From contig CAVZAQ010000011.1 in the NCBI GenBank assembly GCA_963773405.1, forward strand, positions 171,684-235,683: 64,000 nucleotides of DNA, given 5' to 3'. The notes below the pieces were generated by a model that was not told the DNA's origin, made no database searches, and saw only the letters and a program-made list of their open reading frames with translations. Origin of the DNA: an uncultured Chloroflexia bacterium. Lineage in GTDB: Bacteria > Chloroflexota > Limnocylindria > QHBO01. The position numbers and the translations under genes are program-made. Positions 42,254 through 52,359 of the stretch are shown here, one piece after another. How positions within the stretch are numbered: the first letter of the stretch is position 1; every line of letters begins with the position of its first letter.

Positions 42254-44473
42254 CTAGCGCTGCGGGCGGAGGATGATGGTCGCCAGCGGCGGGAGCGTCA
42301 GCGCGACCGATGCGGGCTGGCCGTGCCAGTTGGCCTCCTCCGCGACGAGCCCGCCCAGGTTGCCCACGTTGGAACCCCCGTAATGCTCGGAGTCGGTGTT
42401 GAGGACCTCGACCCAGGTGCCGGCTGAGGGCAGGCCCAGGCGGTAGTCGAAGCGCGGAATGGGGGTCAGGTTCTGGACGACCGCCACGACGTGGTCGCCG
42501 GAGCGACGGAGCCAGCTGATGACCGAGCCCTCCACGTCTCCGGCATCGATCCAGGCGAATGTCTCCGGCTCCGGATCGGATCCCCAGAGCGCGGGCTCCT
42601 GCTGGTAGAGGCGGCCGAGGTCGGCCAGGAAACGGCCGAAGCCGGCTCGCATAGGCTCCTCGGCGATCTGCCATGGCAGCGCCGTGTCGTGGTTCCACTC
42701 GGTCAATGGCGCCAGCTCGGTGCCCATGAAGAGCAGCTTCTTGCCCGGCTGGGCGTACTGGTTCGCGATGAGGCAGCGCAGGTTCGCGAAGCGCTGCCAC
42801 TCGTCGCCGGGCATCTTGCCCAGCAGGGATCCCTTGCCGTGGACCACCTCGTCATGGCTGAGTGGCAGGACGAAGTGCTCCGTCTGCATGTAGAGCGCCC
42901 GGAAGGTGAGCCGGTCGTGGTGATAGCGGCGGTGGATCGGGTCGTGCTCGAAGTACTCCAGCGTGTCGTGCATCCAGCCCATGTCCCACTTGAACCCGAA
43001 TCCCAGGCCACCCAGGTAGGTGGGGCGCGACACGCCGGGGAAGGCGGTGGACTCCTCGGCAACCGTGATGATCCCCGGGAATGCCCGATAGACGCGCTCG
43101 TTCATCTCGCGCAGGAAGCTGATCGCCTCCAGGTTCTCGTTGCCGCCGAACTGGTTGGGGGTCCACTCCCCGGCCTTGCGCGAGTAGTCGAGGTAGAGCA
43201 TGGAGGCGACCGCGTCGACTCGCAGCCCGTCGACGTGGTAGCGGTCGAGCCAGAAGAGGGCGTTCGCCACCAGGAAGTTGCGGACCTCGGGTCGTCCGTA
43301 GTCGAAGATCAGCGTCCCCCAGTCCGGGTGCATCCCGCGCTTCGGGTCGGAGTGCTCGTAGAGGGCCGTGCCGTCGAAGCGGCGCAGGGCGTAGTCGTCG
43401 GCCGGGAAATGGGCCGGCACCCAGTCCACGAGGACGCCTATTCCGGCGCCATGCAGGATGTCGACCATGGCAGCGAAGTCATCGGGCGAACCGAAGCGTG
43501 CGGTGGGCGCGAAGTAGCCGGTGACCTGGTAGCCCCACGAGCCGTCGAAGGGGTGCTCGGCGATGGGCAGCAGCTCGACGTGGGTGAACCCGAATCGCCG
43601 GCAGTGGTCCGCGAGCTTCTCTGCCGCCTGCCGGTAGCCGAGCCAGGACCCGTCGTCGTTGCGCATCCACGAGCCCAGGTGGACCTCGTAGACGGCCATG
43701 GGCGTTCGGTAGGGGTCGCGGGCGGCGCGGTCCGCCATCCACGTGCCATCGGTCCAGGTGAAGGCGGTCGTGTCCCAGACGCGCGAGGCGGTCTCCGGGC
43801 GGACCTGCATGGCGAAGCTCAGCGGATCGGCCTTGAGCCGCAGCCTCCCTTCGCCGTCCACGATCTCGTACTTGTAGAGCTCGCCCGCGCCGATGCCCGG
43901 GACGAAGATCTCCCAGACGCCGGAGCGTCCCATGGAGCGCATCGGGAAGAGGCGGCCGTCCCATCGGTCGAAGTCGCCCACGACCCGGACGCTCTTGGCG
44001 TTCGGCGCCCAGACCGCAAACGCGACGCCGGTCGTGCCCTCGACCTCGCGCACGTGTGCACCCAGGACGTCATAGAGGCGCTCGTGCGTCCCCTCGCCGA
44101 TGAGGTGCAGGTCCACGTCGCCCAGCGTCGGGAGGAAGCGGTACGGGTCGTCGCGCTCCCAGTCGTTGCCGTCCGGGAACGAGAACCGGAGCAGATAGGC
44201 GAGCGGCGGCGACACGTCGGGCACGAAGGCTGCCCACAGGCCGCTTCCGACCGAGCTCATCGGGATGGGCGTCACGTCCGGCAGGACGAGCGCCACCGCG
44301 GACGCGTCGGGATGGAAGGCTCGAACCACCGTGCCACCCTCCACGGCATGCGCGCCCAGCACGCCGTGCGGGTCGTGATGGTCGCCGCGGGTTAGACGCT
44401 CGACATCGGCCTTCGATGGCGCGAGGTGCTCGCGCCCGACGCCGCCGCCCAGATTCGTCGTCTGGCGTGGCAT
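42254..44473 (-). CDS. glgB: 1,4-alpha-glucan branching enzyme
   Basis: 739-aa intact ORF. 'YEVHLGSW', 'FTHVELLPIAEHPFDGSWGYQVTGYFAP', 'DWVPAHF', 'DGLRVDAVASMLY', 'AEESTAFPGV', 'LPLSHDEVVHGK'. Confidence 0.95.
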   Translation of the reverse strand: MPRQTTNLGGGVGREHLAPSKADVERLTRGDHHDPHGVLGAHAVEGGTVVRAFHPDASAVALVLPDVTPIPMSSVGSGLWAAFVPDVSPPLAYLLRFSFPDGNDWERDDPYRFLPTLGDVDLHLIGEGTHERLYDVLGAHVREVEGTTGVAFAVWAPNAKSVRVVGDFDRWDGRLFPMRSMGRSGVWEIFVPGIGAGELYKYEIVDGEGRLRLKADPLSFAMQVRPETASRVWDTTAFTWTDGTWMADRAARDPYRTPMAVYEVHLGSWMRNDDGSWLGYRQAAEKLADHCRRFGFTHVELLPIAEHPFDGSWGYQVTGYFAPTARFGSPDDFAAMVDILHGAGIGVLVDWVPAHFPADDYALRRFDGTALYEHSDPKRGMHPDWGTLIFDYGRPEVRNFLVANALFWLDRYHVDGLRVDAVASMLYLDYSRKAGEWTPNQFGGNENLEAISFLREMNERVYRAFPGIITVAEESTAFPGVSRPTYLGGLGFGFKWDMGWMHDTLEYFEHDPIHRRYHHDRLTFRALYMQTEHFVLPLSHDEVVHGKGSLLGKMPGDEWQRFANLRCLIANQYAQPGKKLLFMGTELAPLTEWNHDTALPWQIAEEPMRAGFGRFLADLGRLYQQEPALWGSDPEPETFAWIDAGDVEGSVISWLRRSGDHVVAVVQNLTPIPRFDYRLGLPSAGTWVEVLNTDSEHYGGSNVGNLGGLVAEEANWHGQPASVALTLPPLATIILRPQR

Positions 44474-44522
44474 GCCCCTACCTTACCGCGGGACCTCCAG
44501 CGCGCGCATCGCGGGCCGTCGT

Positions 44523-46899
44523 TCAGCTGGCTCGCTCCCGGACGACCCGGGCCAGGTCCAGGCGACGAACCGCGCGGAGCGCCGGCCACTGGCTGAGCGC
44601 CGCGGCGACCAGGATCCCGAGCGCCGTCCCGACGAATGTGAGCGGTCGGACCACGAGGTCAAAGGAGAAGAGGTCGCTGTTGAACGAGGCCATGAACTGC
44701 GCTGCCGCGAAGTAGCCGAGGACGAGCCCGGGGATGATCCCCGCCAGGGTGAGGAGGAGGTTCTCGCCGCTCACCACCCGGCCCAGGACACCAATGGGCA
44801 TGCCCATGGCGCGCAGGGTCGCCAGCTCCGTCCCGCGCTCGGCCACGTTCGAGCCAATGGTCACGAAGAGGATCGCAAAGGCCATCACCGCGCCGAAGGC
44901 GAGCATCACGCCCACGAAGGCGTAGAAGAGTCCCATCAGGTTGTTGAAGATCGTCGCCACGGCTCTGCGAGTCGGAGACGGCCAGCACGCCGGGCTGCGC
45001 CTGGAGCCGGTCCACCACCGCGGTCGGGTCGGCCCCCGCGGCATAGCGGACCTGGACCGAGCGCGTCGCCTGTGCCACGGTATCGGCGCCGAAGAGGCCG
45101 TCAAGATGGGGAACCGATCCGTAGGCGAGCGTGCCCAGGGGCTCCGCCACGAAGCCGGCGACCTTGTCCGTGACGCTCGCGCCGGTCGAGGTCAGGGTGA
45201 TGGTGACGCTGTCGCCCGCCTCGACCTTCAGCTGGTCCTTCAGGGCGGACCCGATGAGGATGCCGTCGGACGGGAGCGACAGCGTGGCGCCACTTGGGGC
45301 GCGGAAGCCGTGCATCACGGTGTCGGGGGCGAACCCCGTGAGCGAGGTCACGTAGCTGTGATCTGCCGTTGCGATGACGACCGGCAGGTGCGCAACCGGT
45401 TCGGCGGATGCCACGCCGTCCACGGCGGCGACCGCCGAGAGCGCGTCGCTGGTCGCCGGGGCGGCCAGAACGACCTCTGCGTCCTGGCGGTCGATCTGGC
45501 CGAACTGGCGATCGACGAGGACCTGCATCGTGTCGATCATCCCCCACGAGACGAGGACCAGGATCGCGGCAAGGGCCACGCCGAGCATGGTCGAGAGGCT
45601 GCGGACCCGGTTGCGGCCGACCCCGCGCAGGACCATCAGCCATCGCGCGGGAAGCCGACGCAGGGGCGGGAGCAGCCGCTCAGGGAGCGACGCGCCGCCG
45701 ACACCCATGGGTACGGAGCCGCGCATCGCCTCCGCCGGGCTGATGTGGGAGGCGCGCAACGCCGGCGCGAGGGCCGACAGCGCGCCGGCGACCAGGGCGA
45801 AGACGAGCGCCAGGACCAGGGTGAGCGGCCGGAAGTCGACGACCCGCACCGAGTCCGGCAGCCCGATCACCCCGGTGTAGATATTGGTCACCGCCCCGCC
45901 CAGCGCAATCCCGGTCACGGCCCCGGGTATGCCGCCGGCGGCACCGGTCACCAGGCCGAAGCCGAGCAGGTGGCGCAGGATCGCGCCGCGCGGATAGCCG
46001 GACGCGACCAGGAGGCCTATCTGCGCGCGCTGCTGGAGGACGAGCCGGTTCAGCAGGACGTACGTGGCCAGCCCGGCCGCCCCGAGGAAGAGGAGCGGGA
46101 ACATCAGGGAGAGCTCACCGAAGCCGCCGAGGTCCTCGGCGAGCGCGGCGTTCGAGGGCTGCTCCTGGCGGGTCTGGGTGGCGACGCCGGCACCGGCGGC
46201 CAGCGCATTGATGCGGGAGTCCAGGGCCGTGCGGTCGGCTGTCGGCGCGTAACTCACGAGGAGCTGCGGCGTCGCCAGCGGCGCCGGCAGCGCGTCGAGC
46301 ATCGCGGCGGGAACGAAGAGCACCCCGAACTGGTCGGGTGGGACCAGGATCTCCTGGCGGCTCCGCGCCGGCCACAGGTACTCCGCGGAGGTCACGATCC
46401 CGCGGACCGTGACCGTTTTCGACTCGGTTCCCAGGCTCATCTCCAGGGTGTCGCCGACCGTGAGCCCGAAGGCATCCGCCAGGTGCCGGTCGACGAGCAC
46501 CCCGTTCGGTTCGGTGGGGGCCAGCGCCTGGCCCTCCAGGAAGATGACCCCGTCGATAGCCGGGCTGCCGCCAGACGGCATCCCCACGGCCCTGCCCAGG
46601 AGGGTCGAGGAGCCGATGCGCAGGGGCACATCCGCGACCCTGCGGGTCTCGGTGGCGGTGACCCCGTCGAGGGCGTCGACCTTTGCCCGGAGGTCCTGCG
46701 CGCCCGCACCGGCGAGCTGCATGTCTGCGAAATGGGTCTCGACGAAGAGGCGGTCGTAGCTCGCCGTCAGGTTCTGGTAGGCGTCGTAGCTCGCAGCGAA
46801 GAGCGCGACGCCCAGGAAGATCGTCACCGCAACGGCGGCCAGCTGCCCGCGGCGCGCGGCCAGGTCGCGCAGGAGCTTGCGATTCAGCGCGCTCACCAC
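44523..46899 (-). pseudogene. ABC transporter permease, MacB/FtsX-like with two FtsX domains, one +1 frame break (~44963)
   Basis: ORF 44659..46899 begins 'LNRKLLRDLAARRGQLAAVAVTIFLGVALF'. The last FtsX domain ('ATIFNNLMGLFYAFVGVMLAF...ATLRAMGMP...SQWPALRAVR') is in ORF 44523..45104. Removing one c in 'agccgtg' joins them. Confidence 0.8.
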
Positions 46900-47609
46900 T
46901 CGAGCTCCCGCGCCTCGGCCGGGGTGGCGTTGCGCTCGTCGCCGGTCAGCTCGCCCGACCCGACGTGGATGACGCGGTCCGCCATGGCGGCGATCGCCTG
47001 GTTGTGCGTGACGAGCAGGACCGTGATCCCGTCGCGCCGGCCGAGGTCGCGGATCACGCCGAGCACCTGGCGCCCGGTCTCGAGGTCGAGCGAACCGGTC
47101 GGCTCGTCACAGAGCAGGAGGGGCGGACGCTTCACGAGCGCGCGCGCGATGGCGACGCGTTGCTGCTGGCCGCCCGAGAGCGAGGCCGGAAACCGGTTGG
47201 CCCGGTCGGCGAGGCCCACCGCCTCGAGGGCTGCGCGGGCGTCGTCGGCGGAGCGGTCTGCGAGGTCCCCGACGAGCTGCACGTTCTCGAGCGCCGTCAG
47301 GGTGGGGACCAGGTTGAAGAACTGGAAGACGAAGCCCACCGTCTCCCGGCGGTAGTCGGTGAGGTCGCCGTTGCGCTCCGCCGTCACCTCGTGACCGGCA
47401 ACCGTCACGGTGCCGCGGGTGGCCGGCTCGATGCCACCGATCACGTTGAGCAGGGTCGTCTTGCCTGATCCCGATGGCCCCAGGATCACCACGAACCGCC
47501 CCTTGTCGACCGCGAGGTCGATGCCCCGCAGGGCGTCGACGGCCACGTCGCCGGTGCCGTAGGTCTTCCAGACCCCGTCCAGCCCGATGAGCGGCATCGG
47601 CTCCGTCAT
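46893..47609 (-). CDS. ABC transporter ATP-binding protein (MacB/LolD type)
   Basis: From ATG 47609: Walker A 'GPSGSGKTT', Q-loop 'FVFQFFNL', signature 'LSGGQQQRVAIARAL', Walker B 'LLLCDEPTG'. Overlaps the permease start by 7 nt and the TetR stop by 4 nt. Confidence 0.9.
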   Translation of the reverse strand: MTEPMPLIGLDGVWKTYGTGDVAVDALRGIDLAVDKGRFVVILGPSGSGKTTLLNVIGGIEPATRGTVTVAGHEVTAERNGDLTDYRRETVGFVFQFFNLVPTLTALENVQLVGDLADRSADDARAALEAVGLADRANRFPASLSGGQQQRVAIARALVKRPPLLLCDEPTGSLDLETGRQVLGVIRDLGRRDGITVLLVTHNQAIAAMADRVIHVGSGELTGDERNATPAEARELEW

Positions 47610-48229
47610 GTGCTTTCCTCCGTTTCGATGAGCTTGGTGAGTGCCGCTGCCGCCGCCGCGAGGTCGAGATCCGGATCCACCGCGCGGTGGAAGAGGAGCC
47701 CGTCGAGCATCGCGGCGAGCAGCACGGCGGTCCCGTCGATACGGGCCTCGTCGCGCGTCCCCGCGGGAGCGGCGTCCCGCAGGCCCTGGGCGATCAGCCC
47801 TCGGAACTCGACGAGCGCGATGCGCATCCACTCGCCGAGCTGCGGGTCGCGGAGCGCGAGTGAGAGGGACTCGGTACCGACACGCAGGAGGTGCTCGTCT
47901 GTGAGCTCGTCGAGCGAAGCGATCACGGCGCTGAGACCTTCCGAGATCGAGACGGCCGAGATGAGCGCCTCCATGGGCGTCGAGAGCATCTCGGTGAACG
48001 CCCAGATCACTGCCTCGCGCAGGAGCGCGTCCTTCGACCCGAAGTGGTAGTGGATGACGCCCTGTGTCACCTCCGCACGCCGGGCGACCGCCCGGGTGGT
48101 GACGCCGGCCCAGCCGACCTCACCGATCAGAGCGACGGTGGCCGCGACGATCGCCTGCCGCGTGACATCGCCACGCGCGGAGGCTGCATGGTCGCCGGTA
48201 AGATTTGGGCGGTCGACCGAACTGGTCAT
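47606..48229 (-). CDS. TetR/AcrR family transcriptional regulator
   Basis: 207 aa. HTH 'GVTTRAVARRAEVTQGVIHYHFGSKDALL'. First gene of the TetR-ABC-permease(-glgB) run. Confidence 0.85.
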   Translation of the reverse strand: MTSSVDRPNLTGDHAASARGDVTRQAIVAATVALIGEVGWAGVTTRAVARRAEVTQGVIHYHFGSKDALLREAVIWAFTEMLSTPMEALISAVSISEGLSAVIASLDELTDEHLLRVGTESLSLALRDPQLGEWMRIALVEFRGLIAQGLRDAAPAGTRDEARIDGTAVLLAAMLDGLLFHRAVDPDLDLAAAAAALTKLIETEEST

Positions 48230-48231
48230 GC

Positions 48232-48239
48232 GACTAGTC
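48232..48239. promoter_or_regulatory. GACTAGTC palindrome immediately upstream of the TetR start (speculative operator half)
   Basis: Perfect 8-bp palindrome 3 nt 5' of the TetR ATG, in an otherwise CTAG-poor sequence. No second copy was seen. Confidence 0.15.
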
Positions 48240-48470
48240 TACGTGAGACAACCACGCGGCGCAACCTCGGGCCGACTGGGTCGAGGACCACGCACCTGCC
48301 GTGCCGAGACGCGCGAGGCGGGCTCCCGTGCCCGTTTGAAGAACGTGCTAGGGTTTGGCGCCCGCCGGATTGCCCAAACCGCATTGGATCGGGCATCCTT
48401 CTCGGGCATCGCCGCGGCTGCCGCGTGGCCGGCGCCACGCGGACCATCGCGAACACTTCCCGGAGGCACC

Positions 48471-49526
48471 TTGGGCATCTTCGACGGCCTGCTCGGCCTG
48501 CTCTCCCACGACGTGGGGATCGACCTCGGCACCGCCAACACGCTGGTCACCGTTCGCCATCGCGGCATCGTCATCAGCGAGCCATCGGTGGTGGCCATGG
48601 ACACGCGCACCAAGCGCGTGCTCGCCATCGGCGCGGAGGCCAAGCGCATGGTCGGCCGGACCCCGGCGAACATCGTCGCCATCCGGCCGTTGCGCGACGG
48701 CGTGATCAGCGACTTCGACGTCACCGAGCAGATGATCCGGTACTTCATCCAGAAGGTGCACGACCGGTACGCCCGCATCCCGCGCCCGCGAGTCCTGGTC
48801 GGGATCCCGTCGGGCGTGACCGAGGTCGAGAAGCGCGCGGTCCGGGACGCGACCATCAATGCCGGAGCGCGCTGGGCGCGCCTCATCGAGGAGCCGATGG
48901 CCGCCGCCATCGGTGCCGGTCTCCCGGTCTCCGAGCCGTCGGGCAGCCTCATCGTCGACATCGGCGGCGGTACCACGGAGGTCGCCGTCATTTCCCTGGG
49001 CGGGATCGTGGTGGCCCAGTCGATCCGCATCGGTGGGGACGAGATGGACGCCGACATCGTCAGCTTCGCCCGACGCGAGTACAACCTGCTGATGGGCGAG
49101 CGCACCGCGGAGGAGATCAAGATCGCGGTCGGGTCCGCGTACCCGATCCCGAGCGAGCGGACGGTCACCTTCCGGGGTCGGGACCTGCTCACCGGCCTGC
49201 CGCGCAGCATCGAGGTCGGCGGCGACCAGATCCGCGAGGCGCTCGAGCCGTCGGTCGCCCAGATCATCGAGGCGATCAAGGAGACGATCGAGGAGACGCC
49301 GCCGGAGCTGGTCGCCGACATCATGGACCAGGGGATCGTGCTGGCCGGCGGCGGGGCGCTCCTGGCCGGACTCGACAAGCGGGTCGCGGAGGCCACCCAG
49401 ATGCCGGTCCACATCGCGGACGATCCGCTCACCTGCGTCGTGCGCGGAACGGCGCGGGTCCTCGAGGACCTCGATACGCTCGAGCGCGTCCTGGTCAGCG
49501 AGCAGTTCACCCGCGCTCCGCGGTAG
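48471..49526 (+). CDS. mreB: rod shape-determining protein MreB
   Basis: TTG 48471 lies 5 nt after GGAGG. 'DVGIDLGTANTLV', 'IRPLRDGVISDF', 'IVDIGGGTTEVAVISLGGIV' and 'GIVLAGGGALL'. The listed ORF start 48054 is too far upstream. Confidence 0.9.
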   Translation: MGIFDGLLGLLSHDVGIDLGTANTLVTVRHRGIVISEPSVVAMDTRTKRVLAIGAEAKRMVGRTPANIVAIRPLRDGVISDFDVTEQMIRYFIQKVHDRYARIPRPRVLVGIPSGVTEVEKRAVRDATINAGARWARLIEEPMAAAIGAGLPVSEPSGSLIVDIGGGTTEVAVISLGGIVVAQSIRIGGDEMDADIVSFARREYNLLMGERTAEEIKIAVGSAYPIPSERTVTFRGRDLLTGLPRSIEVGGDQIREALEPSVAQIIEAIKETIEETPPELVADIMDQGIVLAGGGALLAGLDKRVAEATQMPVHIADDPLTCVVRGTARVLEDLDTLERVLVSEQFTRAPR

Positions 49527-49548
49527 CGGCGCGGTCTGGGCCTGTCGC

Positions 49549-50403
49549 GTGATCGGATCGCCGGACCGGCGCTCGCACCCGGGCATCTGGTTCGCGGCGT
49601 TCACCGTTGCCTCGCTCCTGATGCTGCTGGCCTCGCGCACCGAGCCGGCGACCGCGCTCCAGCAGGCCAGCGCGCGAGCCCTGGAGCCGGTCCGGGCCGC
49701 GGTCGCGGGCGTCGGGCAGGGTGTCGCGAGCCTCTTCGGGACCCTTGGCGAGATCGACCGGCTGCGGACCGAGAACGACAAGCTGCGCAGCGACCTCACC
49801 CGGGCCCAGCAGCGGATCGCCGAGCTCCAGGAGGCGGCGGCGGAGAACACCTCGCTGCGGGGCCTGCTGGGACTCACCAAGAGCCTCGTGAACATGAATC
49901 TGCTTCCCGTGCGGGTGATTGCCCGTGACCCCTCCAACTTCACGTGGGAGGTCGGCATCGATGCCGGCAGCGGCGACGGGTTGGCCGTCGGGATGCCCGT
50001 GGTCGGCGCCGCCGAGGGGGCCGGGGCCCTGGTCGGGACCGTGGTCTCGGTGGGGACCGACACGGCGCAGGTCCGCTTCGTGGTCGACACCCGCTCCAGC
50101 GTCGTCGCACTCGACCAGAGCAGCCGCGCCCTCGGCGAGGTCCAGGGCCAGCTCGGGGGGCAGCTGGTCTTCGTGAAGGTGCCGGTCACGGAGCGGCTCG
50201 CCCCCGGCGACACGGTCGTGACGGCCGGGCTGAGCCTGGGAACCGGGCTTGCCAGCCCCTACCCCAAGGGACTCCTGATCGGGACCATCCAGGCGGTGCA
50301 GCCGGACCCCAACGCCCTGACCCAGACCGCGTTCGTGCGGCCGGCGCTCGATCCACAGCAGGTCGAGCGGCTCCTGGTGGTCACCTCCTTCAGCCAGGAC
50401 TGA
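49549..50403 (+). CDS. mreC: rod shape-determining protein MreC
   Basis: 284 aa. N-terminal TM, a coiled coil ('LRTENDKLRSDLTRAQQRIAELQ') and beta-barrel parts ('VIARDPSNFTWEVGIDAGSGDGLAVGMPVV', 'TVVTAGLSLGTGLASPYPKGLLIGT'). Confidence 0.85.
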   Translation: MIGSPDRRSHPGIWFAAFTVASLLMLLASRTEPATALQQASARALEPVRAAVAGVGQGVASLFGTLGEIDRLRTENDKLRSDLTRAQQRIAELQEAAAENTSLRGLLGLTKSLVNMNLLPVRVIARDPSNFTWEVGIDAGSGDGLAVGMPVVGAAEGAGALVGTVVSVGTDTAQVRFVVDTRSSVVALDQSSRALGEVQGQLGGQLVFVKVPVTERLAPGDTVVTAGLSLGTGLASPYPKGLLIGTIQAVQPDPNALTQTAFVRPALDPQQVERLLVVTSFSQD

Positions 50404-50576
50404 CGGGGCACGATCCGCCCGGACCGGGGTACCGCCTGCCGTGGCCCCATCGGCTCCGGGCGATCTGACCATCGCCCCATAGCCGCCGCGAGGGCTCGTG
50501 GGTACGGTCATGACAGGCATTGCCCGCGGCGAAGGGCAGCCGATTGTGCAGACCACCGACCCTCGAGGACTGATCA

Positions 50577-52245
50577 TTGCGCGACCGCATCCGGGCCACC
50601 CTGATTGCCATCGTCTCCATCGCGAGCCTGCTCGTCGCGCGCCATGCCGGCCCACGCCGTCGTGGCGCAGCCCAAGGTGGTGATCATCGTGGGCCCGACC
50701 GGCAGCCTACACGGACAGCTACCGAAGCCAGGCCGATGACACCGCCGCCGCCGCGCGAGGCCGCCGGCGCCGTCGTCACCAAGGTGTATTCGCCGAACGC
50801 CACCTGGGCGAACGTCAAGGCCGCCGTCAACGGCGCCAACATCGTCGTCTACTTCGGCCACGGGAACGGGTATCCGAACCCGTACTCCGGCAGCCTCCTT
50901 GCAGATCGCGTCGATGGCTGGGGCCTGAATACCTCCACCACGAACGGCGACAGCGACAGCTGGTCAGCAGGCACGCTGGTCTACTGCGGCGAGAAGGCGC
51001 TCCTGGGGACGCTCACCTCCTCGGACGGCGCCGCCCAGCGCCAGTACTGCTCCGGCGGGCCTATCACGCCCGGCCCCGGGCTGGGTCATGGTCTACGCCA
51101 ACGCCTGCTATGCGCCCGGCGCCTCCGAGCCCGGAGAGCCGGCGGCCACCGCGACCCGATGCGCTCTGCAGCGGGCGGCCAACTTCTCGCGGCCGGTGCT
51201 CGCCGGCCTGGGGGCCAGCGCCTACTTCGCGACCGACATCGGCGCGGCGCCGCTGGTGGCGGTCGATCCTGTCAAACCCGACAGCCGCCTACGGGCGATC
51301 TGTACCACCAGAACCTCCCGCGGCGCCATGACCGTCACCAAGCAGTCGCACCCTCTCGTGTCGGGCGACGCGCTGTGGCTTGGCCTGGGATCGTCCGCAG
51401 GCGTCGTACAAGTTCGCCTTCGCCGGCGACCCGACGGCCACCTTCGGGGGGGCACCGGCGACGGCACCGATTCCACCCCGTCCGGCCTGACCACCTACGA
51501 CCCGCCGCGCACCCTGAACTTCGACGCGGGGACCTACACCGGCTACGCCTTCGACGCCTCGGGCAAGGTTACCGGCAGCAAGACCTGCACCCTGTCGCGC
51601 TCCTCGACCGCCTCGACCAGCCAGCGGAGCACCGCCATTCCCGGCCACGCCGGGACCTGGTTCTACGTCATCAACGGGGTCTGGGCCGGCTACTGGGTCC
51701 AGGGCGGCAGCCACGTCTACGTCACGGAGCCCACGCCGACCACCACCAGCCCCAGCGTGACCAGCTACAACCCCGCGCGCTCCCTGGTCTTCGCCTCGGG
51801 CAGCCACACCGGCTACCGGTTCGACGCCTCCGGGGCGGTAACCGCCAGCCAAGACCTCACCCTGTCGCGCGCCTCGGGCGCAGCCACCAGCCAGCGCAGC
51901 ACCGCGATCCCCGGCCACCGCGGTGCCTGGTTCTACGTGGTCAACGGGATCTGGGCCGGCTACTGGCTGCCCGAGTCGACCCGCCTCTACCTGCGCGGGA
52001 TCAGCCAGGAGACCGACTTCGGCAGCCCGCACACCGTGAGCTTCGCGGCCGGCACCTACACCGGGCTACCGCTTCAGCTCGAGCTGGAGCGTGGTCGCCA
52101 CCAAGCCGTGGTACCTCACGCTCACACCTCGGCGGCCTCCGGCGCCAAGGTGGCAATCATCAACGGCCGCAGCTACGTCTACATCATCAACGGGGTGTGG
52201 GCCGACTACTGGGTGCCCACCGGCGGCGGGGTGACGGTGCGCTAG
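50577..52245 (+). pseudogene. secreted protein S1: putative gingipain/caspase-fold Cys peptidase-like domain plus 3 x ~75-aa C-terminal repeats; about 10 or more frame breaks
   Basis: TTG 50577 with signal-like 'IAIVSIASLLVARHAGPA'. 'KVVIIVGPTGSL', 'VTKVYSPNATWANVKAAVNGANIVVYFGHGNG' and 'VMVYANACYAPGAS' are pieced from three frames. Three repeats follow ('Y[DN]P.R.L.F..G..TGY.FDASG.VT....TLSR.S.A..SQRSTAIPGH.G.WFYV.NG.WAGYW'). A G7 run at 51446-51452 sits at one break. Confidence 0.55.
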
Positions 52246-52275
52246 TCAGGGGTGGTCGTGGGGGAGATAGGTACT
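51481..52275 (+). repeat. copy 1 of a ~790-bp direct repeat (3' module of S1 plus ~30 bp past its stop)
   Basis: Aligned by eye to 55044..55833. The first ~105 bp are identical, the last ~100 bp of coding sequence differ by one base, and scattered substitutions and 1-nt indels lie between. Confidence 0.9.
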
Positions 52276-52359
52276 ATTCGCGCCATGTTCTGGCGGCCAT
52301 ATGGTGGTCGCCGCGGGCGGCGCAGGGCACGGCCGTCCCAAGCGAGGTAACCCGGACTC

